60,298 nt of DNA, taken from assembly GCA_038063415.1 (NCBI GenBank), contig JBBTVD010000009.1, forward strand, positions 81,430 through 141,727. The letters are read 5' to 3'. Source of the DNA: Patescibacteria group bacterium. GTDB lineage: Bacteria > Patescibacteriota > Microgenomatia > Levybacterales > UBA12049. A model generated the notes under the pieces. It was not told the origin of the DNA. It searched no databases and was given only the letters and a program-made list of their open reading frames with translations. The position numbers and the translations under genes were made by a program. This document shows positions 9,574 through 18,809 of this stretch, in pieces (position 1 is the stretch's first letter; every line of letters starts with the position of its first letter).

Positions 9574-10389
9574 ATGTTAAACAATTTAAAAAAGAATTTT
9601 ACTTATCAGGCAGTCTTTGCATTATTCGTTTTTCTGACAATTTGGTGGCTTCTTCTTTATTTTTCTGAATCGAAAACGGGTTATCCCAATTATTTATTTG
9701 GAGTTGTCTATGGAACATTTATGGCTGGTGTTGGGACAATTATTGGATTTAAGACTGTAAAATATTGGGGTGGAATTCATAGTGTTATGGGAAGAGTTGT
9801 TCTTGCTCTTTCTCTTGGGCTTTTTGCGGAGTTTTTTGGTCAAGTAGTTTTTAGTTTTTACAATATTTTTCTTGGAATCGAAATTCCATATCCATCGTTA
9901 GCAGATATTGGTTTCTTTGGAAATATTCCATTTTATTTTATTGGTGCCCTTTTTCTTTTAAGAGCTTCAGGCGGTCATTTAAATCTTTCGTCTATTAAGT
10001 CACAAGCTCAGATTGTGCTTATCCCAGCTTGTGTATTATTCTTTTCTTATTATCTTTTTTTACAGAATTACACATTTGATTTGTCAAATTCTTTGTTGAT
10101 TTTTCTTGATTTTGGATATCCACTAGGACAAGCATTATATGTTTCTGTTGCAATTCTTACTTATGGATTGTCAAAAAATTCTTTAGGAGGAATAATGAGG
10201 AAAAAAATATTTTTAGTTTTACTTGCATTTGTTGCACAGTATTTTGCAGATTTTAATTTTCTATTTCAGAATAGTAGGGGTTCGTGGTACAACGGTGGAT
10301 ATGGTGACTATCTATACCTTGTTGCTTATTTTATTATGACTTTAGCCTTACTTCAACTAAATGTTAAATCATTAAAAAAAGAATCTTGA
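9574..10389 (+). CDS. polytopic membrane protein, paralog of the STAND C-terminal domain
   Basis: 271 aa. Shares KTGYPNY, IPYPSLADIGF, LRASGG, LDFGYPLGQ, FADFNF and WYNGG with residues ~515-765 of the 4611..6908 product. Confidence 0.6.
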   Translation: MLNNLKKNFTYQAVFALFVFLTIWWLLLYFSESKTGYPNYLFGVVYGTFMAGVGTIIGFKTVKYWGGIHSVMGRVVLALSLGLFAEFFGQVVFSFYNIFLGIEIPYPSLADIGFFGNIPFYFIGALFLLRASGGHLNLSSIKSQAQIVLIPACVLFFSYYLFLQNYTFDLSNSLLIFLDFGYPLGQALYVSVAILTYGLSKNSLGGIMRKKIFLVLLAFVAQYFADFNFLFQNSRGSWYNGGYGDYLYLVAYFIMTLALLQLNVKSLKKES

Positions 10390-10426
10390 TGGTAAAATAA
10401 AGTTAGAAAATTTTTATACCAATGGT

Positions 10427-10708
10427 ATGGACATATACACCCAACTAGCAAATAAGATAATAAAAGAACAAGAAACAATTATTGGTCCTATTGCCTGGGA
10501 ACAGGCTGCAAAAGTATCTGGCCTTTCAGTAGATGTCAAAAATCATCAATTCTCAATCGTCGGTACAAACAAAAAAGAAATCATTGAAAAACTGGTAGAA
10601 CAATATAAACTCCTCTTTGGCCAGACCTCGGTTGAGGTCTCCAAGGATGCTGTCAAAGATCTTATCTTGAGTACCTCACGAGACCAACTCCCTCAAATCC
10701 TCCTGTAA
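10427..10708 (+). CDS. hypothetical protein
   Basis: 93-aa ORF, no recognisable motif. Confidence 0.35.
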   Translation: MDIYTQLANKIIKEQETIIGPIAWEQAAKVSGLSVDVKNHQFSIVGTNKKEIIEKLVEQYKLLFGQTSVEVSKDAVKDLILSTSRDQLPQILL

Positions 10709-10750
10709 AAAACAATTGCTTTTTTAAAGAAAGCATAGTAGGATACAGAT

Positions 10751-10987
10751 ATGAACTCCATAAAAAAAGAATTGAAACATATTATTTATAAAGATAAAGA
10801 GATCTTAGGAGGAACGCCTTGTTTTGTTGGTACTCGGGTTCCTGTTGCTACAATTCTAGAGTATCTTTCTTTAGGATGGTCTATCAATGAGTTAAAGGAA
10901 TCTTACCCAACTGTTAAGACGGAGCATATTGCTCAATTATTATCAACGCTTTCGAGTGAATTCCAGGCACATGCAAAAGTCGCATAA
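10751..10987 (+). CDS. DUF433 domain protein (antitoxin-like)
   Basis: 78 aa with GGTPCFVGTRVPVATILEYL, characteristic of DUF433. Confidence 0.7.
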   Translation: MNSIKKELKHIIYKDKEILGGTPCFVGTRVPVATILEYLSLGWSINELKESYPTVKTEHIAQLLSTLSSEFQAHAKVA

Positions 10988-11312
10988 GGGCACAATTGTT
11001 ATAGACGAAGGAGCAAAAAGAGAATATGTTAAAATTGCTCAAGAAGAAGGCTCGAAAATTATCCTCATTCCTCCCTCCCAGAGAAATATTGGACTATCAG
11101 ATCGTGCTGTCGTTCAAAGATATACTAAAAATATTCATCCAATTTTTACCAATGATAAAACTTCATATAAAGAATCAGGTTTACTTACCTTAGGAAGAAA
11201 CGGTTATGTGGTCCATGAATTTGTAAGACGTGAAGAAGAAGATGCGTATCGAGAAAAAATTAAACTTTTTTTCAAGATGTATACTGAAAAACATACGCAT
11301 GGAGTAGTATAG
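10971..11312 (+). CDS. hypothetical protein, possible DUF5615/PIN-like partner of DUF433
   Basis: Overlaps the DUF433 stop. IVIDEG...ILIP...PIFTNDK loosely fits the PIN-like acidic pattern. Start uncertain (10929 or 10971). Confidence 0.3.
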   Translation: MQKSHKGTIVIDEGAKREYVKIAQEEGSKIILIPPSQRNIGLSDRAVVQRYTKNIHPIFTNDKTSYKESGLLTLGRNGYVVHEFVRREEEDAYREKIKLFFKMYTEKHTHGVV

Positions 11313-11399
11313 ACAATTAAAAAAATCGGAAAACCTGGAAAAAAGAAGCTTATGTTCTCACTGTAAAATTCTCTCAGAATTTGCTACAGTTAAATCAGT

Positions 11400-12878
11400 A
11401 TGAATATCTTAAAGGCGTTAGGTTTTGTCGAAGAAAAAGAACCAAAGAGTGACGTTGGGAATTCGCCAAATAATTCAGGAGAAGTTTCTCATATTAACCA
11501 GGAAGTGTACAAAAAAAGTGTCGAACTTTCTGTCCGCAATAAAACACTCTTACTTCTGCGTAAGATTGACGACATTATCTTAAATTCAGTTACCAACCAG
11601 CATGATATTGCCCAACAAGTAGCCTCACTTCTGGTACAGGATAGTGAGGTTCTCCTCGTTACTATCTTTATTACCAATCAAGAACAACGGATACTCGATG
11701 TTATCGCTTTTGCAGAGTCCTCAAATCAACAAGTACAAAAAATAGAATCGCTTCCTTTTACTCCTCGTGTCTCTTTTGATGATGTAAATAATATACTGAT
11801 TCAAGCAAGTACCCAGAGGACAGTAAAGTCTTCCAATACTATTAAGACTGTTCTCACTCCAATAGATACACAAACGTCGGCTCCATATGAAGAAATTAAA
11901 ACTGTCTTTGTCTTCCCATTACTTGCAAGGAACGAAGTGATTGGCACGATGGTTGTTGGCATGCGAGATGAAGAAGCACAAATATCTCCCGATGAACGTG
12001 ATTTGTTGCAACGACTTGTGGGCAGTGTTGGAATCGCTCTGTATAATGGCTTTTTGTACGACGAGCTCAAAAGAACCAACGATCGCCTCATTCAAGTCGA
12101 TAAACTAAAAGATGAATTTGTCTCACTCGCCTCTCATGAACTCAAGACTCCAATGTCTGCTATCAAGTCCTATCTTTGGATGGTTATGGATCCCCGTGAA
12201 GGAGCGCTCAATGAAAAGCAACTCACCTTTATTAAACGATCCTATATCTCTGTTGAACGTTTGATCAAAATGGTTGATGAGATGCTCAATATTTCCCGTA
12301 TCGAATCTGGCAGGATCAATATGAATCCTACCTCAATAGATATGATTAACCTTGTTGATGAAGTAAGAGACGAAGTGCTCCCTCGGGCAAATGAACTTGG
12401 TATAAACATTTTTATCCAGCCAAACGAGACTCTGCCTCCTGTTCTTGCTGATGCGAATAAGATTAAAGAAGTCCTTATTAATTTGATTGGGAATGCGCTT
12501 AAATTTACTCCGCGAGATGGTGCTATTACCATCTCCTTTAGTAAAGCCGGAGAAATGATTGAAACACATGTGCAAGATACGGGGGTTGGGATTGATCCTG
12601 CTGATTTATCTAAGCTCTTTCAAAAATTTAGTATGATTCCTACCTCCTACGAAGGGAACGAAGAATCCACAGGAACAGGGCTTGGGCTTTATATCTCCCG
12701 TTCTATTATTCAACTACATGGTGGGCAAATACGAGCCACTTCACAAGGAAAAGGAACAGGAACTACGTTTACCTTCTCACTGCAACCTTTTTCGGATGCT
12801 GCACTCACACAGTTTAAAGAACGATATAAAAATAGCCCTGATAAATCCGTTGAACTTATCCGCTCTAAAGTTGTTTGA
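11400..12878 (+). CDS. GAF-domain sensor histidine kinase (no adjacent response regulator)
   Basis: 492 aa with H-box SHELKTPMSAIKSY, N-box GNALKFTP, G1 DTGVGI and G2 GTGLGLYISRSI. Confidence 0.8.
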   Translation: MNILKALGFVEEKEPKSDVGNSPNNSGEVSHINQEVYKKSVELSVRNKTLLLLRKIDDIILNSVTNQHDIAQQVASLLVQDSEVLLVTIFITNQEQRILDVIAFAESSNQQVQKIESLPFTPRVSFDDVNNILIQASTQRTVKSSNTIKTVLTPIDTQTSAPYEEIKTVFVFPLLARNEVIGTMVVGMRDEEAQISPDERDLLQRLVGSVGIALYNGFLYDELKRTNDRLIQVDKLKDEFVSLASHELKTPMSAIKSYLWMVMDPREGALNEKQLTFIKRSYISVERLIKMVDEMLNISRIESGRINMNPTSIDMINLVDEVRDEVLPRANELGINIFIQPNETLPPVLADANKIKEVLINLIGNALKFTPRDGAITISFSKAGEMIETHVQDTGVGIDPADLSKLFQKFSMIPTSYEGNEESTGTGLGLYISRSIIQLHGGQIRATSQGKGTGTTFTFSLQPFSDAALTQFKERYKNSPDKSVELIRSKVV

Positions 12879-12917
12879 TAACTAGCTTTTCTTTTTGTTC
12901 TTCTGCATAATAATAGT

Positions 12918-13760
12918 ATGGAAATCTTTTTCTTCCTCTGCATTTTTATTTTCGGAACGTTTGTCGGGAGTTTTTTGGGAGTTCTGGTTGATCGGCTCCC
13001 TCGTGGTGAATCGGTGGTCTTTGGACGATCGTATTGTGAGAATTGCCAAAAAAAACTTACTGGTTGGGATCTCATTCCCCTCTTCTCATATCTTCTTTTG
13101 GGTGGTAAATGTCGACAGTGTCACAAAAAAATAAGTGCTTTTTACCCACTTATTGAATTTGTTACGGGGAGTATCTTTGTCTTGGTAACCTATGCTTTTG
13201 TTGGCAACGATCTTGCGCAATTGATCGAAACGTCACGGTATTCGGTTACGTATGTCTACTTTTTATCACTTTTTGCTACGCTTATTGGTATCTTTTTTAC
13301 GGACTTAAAATATGGCATTATCCCCTTCCCTATTGTTTTCTTCTCGTTATTAACAACGTTTCTGTGGTATTTCCTTTTTCCTGTCTTTTCTTTTACCCCA
13401 GCCGATCAGGTATTTTTCCCAACTGATGAGGCTTTTCTTTCAGGGGCTCTCTGGTCTGCACTTGGGACATTTCTTGCGTTTTTGCTCCTTTTTCTTGGAA
13501 CAAAAGGTAAGGGTATTGGTTTTGGTGATGTCGTGTATGTCTTCTTGATGGGACTTGTTCTTGGGTTTCCACGGATTATCTTGGGACTCTATATTGCTTT
13601 TCTTTCAGGTGCAATTATTTCTGTATTACTCGTTGCTACGGGTAAGAAAAAAATGCGGGGTGAGACAATTCCTTTTGGACCTTTTCTGGTAACTGGGACA
13701 GTGATAAGCTTACTGTGGGGAGAGAAAATTATTCAGTTTGTTGTAGGATATTTATTTTGA
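12918..13760 (+). CDS. pilD: prepilin peptidase (A24 family)
   Basis: 280 aa with CENCQKKL..GGKCRQCHKKIS zinc motif and multiple TM helices. Stop overlaps the next pilin ATG (ATGA). Confidence 0.85.
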   Translation: MEIFFFLCIFIFGTFVGSFLGVLVDRLPRGESVVFGRSYCENCQKKLTGWDLIPLFSYLLLGGKCRQCHKKISAFYPLIEFVTGSIFVLVTYAFVGNDLAQLIETSRYSVTYVYFLSLFATLIGIFFTDLKYGIIPFPIVFFSLLTTFLWYFLFPVFSFTPADQVFFPTDEAFLSGALWSALGTFLAFLLLFLGTKGKGIGFGDVVYVFLMGLVLGFPRIILGLYIAFLSGAIISVLLVATGKKKMRGETIPFGPFLVTGTVISLLWGEKIIQFVVGYLF

Positions 13761-14266
13761 TGAAAAAAGGATTTACGCTTATTGAAATATTGGTCATTAT
13801 TGCTGTGCTTGGAGTACTGGCAAGTGCGGTACTTTTTGTGCTCAATCCTATGGATCAGATACGTAAATCCAATGATGCCAAAAGAAAAGCCAGTCTGGGT
13901 CAAGTACAAAGTGCCTTAGAACTGTATTATCAGGATACAGGACGATATCCAGCTTCTTCTTCGAATTTTCAACTCTATATAAATAACGTAACGATCTCTT
14001 GGGGGAATAGCTGGATGCCTTATATGAGTAAACTACCAACAGATCCGACTTTTGGTAAGACATTTGTCTATTATTCTCCTGCAAGTTCAAATGGACAAAC
14101 GTACTATCTCTATGCCAATTTGGAACGTGGAGCAAAGGATGCACAGGTGTGTAACGCTGGCAATGCTTGTACGAGTATTACCAGTGGTGGTGCAGGTGCC
14201 CCTTCCGCTACAGCGTGTGGTGGGACGTGTAATTATGGTGTTTCCAGTCCAAATACTGTACCATAA
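13760..14266 (+). CDS. type IV pilin-like protein
   Basis: Prepilin leader MKKG|FTLIEILVIIAVLGVLA. Start reset from 13715 to the ATG that overlaps the pilD stop. Confidence 0.75.
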   Translation: MKKGFTLIEILVIIAVLGVLASAVLFVLNPMDQIRKSNDAKRKASLGQVQSALELYYQDTGRYPASSSNFQLYINNVTISWGNSWMPYMSKLPTDPTFGKTFVYYSPASSNGQTYYLYANLERGAKDAQVCNAGNACTSITSGGAGAPSATACGGTCNYGVSSPNTVP

Positions 14267-14275
14267 TACCTAGCT

Positions 14276-14716
14276 ATGAAAAAGAAAAGAAAAGGTTTTT
14301 TGAGAGGATTTACGCTGATTGAGTTACTCGTTGTGATCTCAATCATTGGTGTGTTATCGACCTTTCTGACGGTTAATTTCCTTGGAACGAGAGCTCGTAC
14401 TCGTGATGCTCAGCGAAAAGCAGATATGCAACAAATTCGTTCAGCGATTGAAATTTACCGATCTGATCAAGGAAGTTATCCAACCACACTTCCTGCTTGT
14501 AATAGTGCATTGCGTGTAGGAACGACAACCTATATGCAAAAAGTTCCTTGTGATCCAACAAATACCACACCACTTACCTATCGGTTTACCTCGACCGGAA
14601 CAACGTATACCTTAGCAGCTTGTCTTGAAAATATAAATGATGCACAAAAAGATGTGACGAATGTTACTCCTTGCAACGGAACTTCTAGTTGGTCTTATAC
14701 CCTTACGAATCCATGA
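14276..14716 (+). CDS. GspG/PulG-like pseudopilin
   Basis: Leader ...LRG|FTLIELLVVISIIGVLS, then RARTRDAQRKADMQQIRSAIEIY. Confidence 0.75.
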   Translation: MKKKRKGFLRGFTLIELLVVISIIGVLSTFLTVNFLGTRARTRDAQRKADMQQIRSAIEIYRSDQGSYPTTLPACNSALRVGTTTYMQKVPCDPTNTTPLTYRFTSTGTTYTLAACLENINDAQKDVTNVTPCNGTSSWSYTLTNP

Positions 14717-15174
14717 AGACACTGACGGGATTTACGCTGATTGAATTACTTATCGTTATTGCCACACTCGCTCTTGTGACGACGTTTAGTATTGCTTCAT
14801 ACTCTGACTATCAAAATGCACAAAAAGTTGAAACTTCTGCTTCAGAAGTAGTAACGCTTTTTCAAACTGCAAAATCTCGTGCTCTTTCACAAGTGAAGCC
14901 AACCGTATGCAATGGAAGAGTGCTTGAATCTTATCGGGTAACAATTACACCAGGGGCGCAGAATTATGTATTATCAGTTATTTGTAGTGGTGTTGTTACG
15001 CAGCTTGAAACAAAAAAACTGTCTCAAGATGTTCTCTTTACTACTGGATCAACGACAACTATTACTTTTTCTCTTTTGACAGGTGCCGCGACTTCGGGGA
15101 CAATAAACATAACTGGTTATGGTAAAACAAAAACAATTACTGTTAATACTGTTGGGAATATAGGAGTAAACTAA
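14713..15174 (+). CDS. prepilin-type N-terminal cleavage/methylation domain protein (minor pilin)
   Basis: MKTLTG|FTLIELLIVIATL. ATGA overlap with the upstream stop. Confidence 0.65.
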   Translation: MKTLTGFTLIELLIVIATLALVTTFSIASYSDYQNAQKVETSASEVVTLFQTAKSRALSQVKPTVCNGRVLESYRVTITPGAQNYVLSVICSGVVTQLETKKLSQDVLFTTGSTTTITFSLLTGAATSGTINITGYGKTKTITVNTVGNIGVN

Positions 15175-15189
15175 AAAACTAATATAAGT

Positions 15190-15672
15190 ATGAAAACAAA
15201 CAATCCAAAAATTATTAATCAATCTGGACAAACACTTATTGAGGTACTCGTATCTCTCAGTATTTTGGTTATGATTATGGGTGCTACTGCTATTGCCTTG
15301 ACTAATGCACTTGATAATGCACAATACGTCAAAAACCAGGCAACTGCTACGAAATATGCTCAAGAAGGTATTGAGATAGCTAGGGGTATACGAGATGCCA
15401 ATTACACACAATTCCGCAACTATAGCGGGACGTATTGTCTTGCCAAAGATCAAACTACTTTGGGTGCTCCATCAGCTTCCTGCACAACTGCCAATGTCGA
15501 TCAATTTGTGCGATCGGTAGTCGTTGAACAAACACCAGGATGTGCTACCGATGTAGCAAGAGCAACAATAACGGTAGCTTGGAGAGATGGCAAATGTTCT
15601 GGTGCTACCTACTGCCATACATCACAGCATGTTTCATGTCTTTCGACAGTTAATCCAATATCGGCACCATGA
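15190..15672 (+). CDS. prepilin-type minor pilin (non-canonical +1 Gln)
   Basis: ...NQSG|QTLIEVLVSLSILVMI. Confidence 0.55.
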   Translation: MKTNNPKIINQSGQTLIEVLVSLSILVMIMGATAIALTNALDNAQYVKNQATATKYAQEGIEIARGIRDANYTQFRNYSGTYCLAKDQTTLGAPSASCTTANVDQFVRSVVVEQTPGCATDVARATITVAWRDGKCSGATYCHTSQHVSCLSTVNPISAP

Positions 15673-16193
15673 AAGAAAATAAAATATCATCTGGTTTCAC
15701 CTTGGTTGAGGTGCTGGTTGCGATTAGTATCATCGCAATTATTGGCGTGTTAATTATTTCTGTTTTGACACTTAGTCTACGAGGAAGTAACAAAGCTGAA
15801 GTCTCTTCTGTAGTAAAACAACAAGGGAACACGGTGCTTACGCAAATTGCCAGAAAACTTCGTTACGCAAAGACCTTGGATAATCCTGCCAGCTGTGTGC
15901 CGTCAACTACGGTAGCTTCACTTACCATTACTGATGTCTCAAATACCCAAACGACCTACGCTTGTACGTCGGGAAGTATTACGGTATTATCTGCAAATGG
16001 CGTCCCATTGATTGATACGAATGCAGTTGCTATGAGTAACTGTTCTTTTGTTTGTAGTCAACAAACGCTTCTTGATCCTCCAACGGTACGGATACAATTC
16101 CTACTGACGGCAAAATCTACTAGTCAACTTGCCGAAACACAATCATCACTTCCTTTTCAGACAAGTATTACGCTACGAAACTATAATCGGTAA
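15669..16193 (+). CDS. prepilin-type minor pilin
   Basis: MKENKISSG|FTLVEVLVAISIIAIIG. 4-nt overlap with the upstream gene. Confidence 0.65.
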   Translation: MKENKISSGFTLVEVLVAISIIAIIGVLIISVLTLSLRGSNKAEVSSVVKQQGNTVLTQIARKLRYAKTLDNPASCVPSTTVASLTITDVSNTQTTYACTSGSITVLSANGVPLIDTNAVAMSNCSFVCSQQTLLDPPTVRIQFLLTAKSTSQLAETQSSLPFQTSITLRNYNR

Positions 16194-16272
16194 AGTGATT
16201 TTGTATACATAAGATGCCTTTTGAGACATTGACAGCGATATTCAGAATATGATGTACTAAGAAAGAATAGAT

Positions 16273-16821
16273 ATGAAAAAATTTCTTAGAGTTTCTGCAC
16301 AAAAAGGTTTTACCCTTATTGAACTATTAATTGTTATTGCTATCCTTGGCATTATGTCTGCGGCCTTAATTGCGAGTATTGATCCCCTTGAACAAATTAA
16401 AAAATCTCAAGATGCAGACCTTAAAGAGAAAGCTGTGGAGTTCTTTAATGCAAATGCTCGTTATTACACAAGTAAAGGTGCGATGCCTTGGGCTACTATC
16501 GCGACAGGTGGAGCAAACTGTTATAGTTCAGGCAATACATTAAGTGGTGTTGCAATCAGTGCTTTAACAGGTTGTCTTACTACACTATCGAGTGAAGGCG
16601 AACTCAAAACTTCTTTTTCAAGCGCAACTAACTTAAACCAGGTTTTTGTCAGTAATCCAAGTGCACAGACCGGTTCAACCTCAGATAACGTTGTTTGTTT
16701 CCAGCCAAAGTCTAAATCACAACAAAAAGATGCAAGCACCAAATATAGTATAACAGGAGCTACGCTTACTACCTGTAAATCTGGTGGAGGTTCTGTTGAC
16801 TGCTATTGGTGTGCCTTCTAA
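16273..16821 (+). CDS. type IV pilin (candidate major pilin)
   Basis: ...AQKG|FTLIELLIVIAILGIMSAA, with C-terminal Cys residues. Has its own intergenic region upstream. Confidence 0.7.
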   Translation: MKKFLRVSAQKGFTLIELLIVIAILGIMSAALIASIDPLEQIKKSQDADLKEKAVEFFNANARYYTSKGAMPWATIATGGANCYSSGNTLSGVAISALTGCLTTLSSEGELKTSFSSATNLNQVFVSNPSAQTGSTSDNVVCFQPKSKSQQKDASTKYSITGATLTTCKSGGGSVDCYWCAF

Positions 16822-16886
16822 CGGGAAAAAGTATATCCTCAGTACCTAGTTTATTATTCCTTACAGAGATGATCGCTACCTTTATG

Positions 16887-16915
16887 TTGACACGACTCAT
16901 AGAGGTTGTTACGAT
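16887..16915 (+). promoter_or_regulatory. sigma70-like promoter, TTGACA-17 nt-TACGAT
   Basis: Read directly, upstream of the PilX-like/pilMNO genes. Confidence 0.4.
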
Positions 16916-16938
16916 ACATACAGAAGCAAATTACGACT

Positions 16939-17775
16939 ATGCATGCATCTTTTGATAGACCAATGAATCCACAATTACAAAGTGGGCAAGTTCTTCTGAT
17001 TGTTATCCTCGTGATGGTTGTTGCGCTTACTGTCGGACTTTCAGTTGCCGCAAGAAGTATCACCAATGTACGAATTGCCAATGAGGAAGAGAGTTCTGAG
17101 CGAGCTTTTGCAGCCGCTGAAGCGGGGCTTGAGCGAGCTTTGGTAAGTAATGCAGCTACCACAGGGTCTCTATCAAATAGTGCGCTTTTTGAAACAACGC
17201 TCTCAACACTCTCTGGGCAAGAGTTTCTTTTGCAAGGAGGTACACCTATTCCTCAGGATGATGGTGTTGATCTTTGGCTTTCTACGTATCCTTCGTATAG
17301 TAATCCGTGGAGTGGAAATATAACTATTTATTGGGGTGTTTCAGGAGACGTCTGTAATGCCTCGGCAACCACAAATACTATGCCTGCACTTATGGTTTCG
17401 TTAATAACGGGTACTTCTGCTTTTCCCCGCATAACCTATTATGCTTTTGAGCCGTGTAACGCTCGGGCTGGAAACAATTTTGAAGTGATACCTACCAATG
17501 GAGGGACTATCACGGGCAAAACATTTTTGTATAGACGGACAATTGCCGTAAGCTCGGGTATTGTTGCCCGAATTGTTCCTTTATATGCACCCGCTGTTAT
17601 TGGTGTGCGGGGGTGTGATGGTGCAAATAATAATTGTAATGCACTTCCTACTCAAGGTACATTGATTCAATCGGTTGGTACGTCTGATACAACCAAAAGA
17701 AAAATTGTGAGTTTTCGAGGGTACCCAAAAGTCCCAAGCGAACTCTTTCCATATAATCTTTTTTCACCAAAATGA
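16939..17775 (+). CDS. PilX-like pilus assembly protein (hypothetical)
   Basis: N-terminal QSGQVLLIVILVMVVALTVGLSVAA hydrophobic segment and position before pilM. Start is 16939 or 16963. Confidence 0.4.
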   Translation: MHASFDRPMNPQLQSGQVLLIVILVMVVALTVGLSVAARSITNVRIANEEESSERAFAAAEAGLERALVSNAATTGSLSNSALFETTLSTLSGQEFLLQGGTPIPQDDGVDLWLSTYPSYSNPWSGNITIYWGVSGDVCNASATTNTMPALMVSLITGTSAFPRITYYAFEPCNARAGNNFEVIPTNGGTITGKTFLYRRTIAVSSGIVARIVPLYAPAVIGVRGCDGANNNCNALPTQGTLIQSVGTSDTTKRKIVSFRGYPKVPSELFPYNLFSPK

Positions 17776-18809
17776 AAAGTAATGCATTTGGTCTTGACAT
17801 TGGTACAGCGGGTATAAAACTCGTGTGGTTAGATAATGAAAAAAATGGCTTTGTCTATAACACGTCTTTACTTGGCGTAGCTCCTCGGCAAGGTATGCAA
17901 TCTGAGTCCCCTTTTGATCAGCAAGAAATGGCGCAACTCATTAATAAATTTGTTATAGATGCTAAGATTGGAACCAATAATGTCAATGTCTCACTACCGG
18001 AAAATCAGGTTTTTACAAAAGTCATTGATATGCCAGCCCTTTCGGATAAAGAAGTCTCCGATGCTATTTATTGGGAAGCAGAGCAATACATCCCAGCACC
18101 GTTAGATACGGTTACACTTGATTGGAGTGTCTTACGACGTCCTAAAACTTCAGGTCTTGATGCAAGGATGCAAGTGCTGCTTGTTGCTGCTCCAATTGCT
18201 TTGGTAAAGCGATATCAGTCAATTCTTGAGCTTGCAGGACTTACCGTTATGAGTGTTGAGCCAGAGATTTTGTCAACAATCCGTGGCATCTGGGGGAAGG
18301 GGCAATCACCAACCTGTCTGCTTATAAATATAGGTTCTATGAATACTTCTTTTGCCATTGTTCAAAATGGTGTTATTATTTTTAATTATATTATCGCATT
18401 GGGTGGTGTTGCCTTTACTCGTGCCATTACCGCTGATTTTGGATTTACCTTCCCTCAGGCTGAAGAATATAAGCGGACGTATGGTCTTTCAGACAAAAAC
18501 TTTGGTGGCAAGATTGCCCGAGCAATTGAGCCAATTTTGACTTCAATTGCTACTGAAATAAAAAAAGCGATTGCCTTTTATGCCACAAAATACAAAGGAG
18601 AATCTGCCATTTCACAAATAGTGCTTACTGGAGGGAGTGCTCTGCTTCCCGGAATTGAACTCTATTTTGCTGACCAGATTGGAATTGAGACAGTGATTGG
18701 TAATCCGTGGAGTATGCTTTCGATTGCCAATGTCCCCAAAGAAGTTCTTGCTCGCGGACCTGAATATACTGTTTCTGTAGGACTCGCCTTAAAAGAATAT
18801 GAGCAATAA
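17772..18809 (+). CDS. pilM: type IV pilus assembly ATPase-fold protein PilM
   Basis: 345 aa with actin-like GLDIGTAGIKLV N-terminus and LTGGSALLPG. Confidence 0.8.
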   Translation: MKSNAFGLDIGTAGIKLVWLDNEKNGFVYNTSLLGVAPRQGMQSESPFDQQEMAQLINKFVIDAKIGTNNVNVSLPENQVFTKVIDMPALSDKEVSDAIYWEAEQYIPAPLDTVTLDWSVLRRPKTSGLDARMQVLLVAAPIALVKRYQSILELAGLTVMSVEPEILSTIRGIWGKGQSPTCLLINIGSMNTSFAIVQNGVIIFNYIIALGGVAFTRAITADFGFTFPQAEEYKRTYGLSDKNFGGKIARAIEPILTSIATEIKKAIAFYATKYKGESAISQIVLTGGSALLPGIELYFADQIGIETVIGNPWSMLSIANVPKEVLARGPEYTVSVGLALKEYEQ

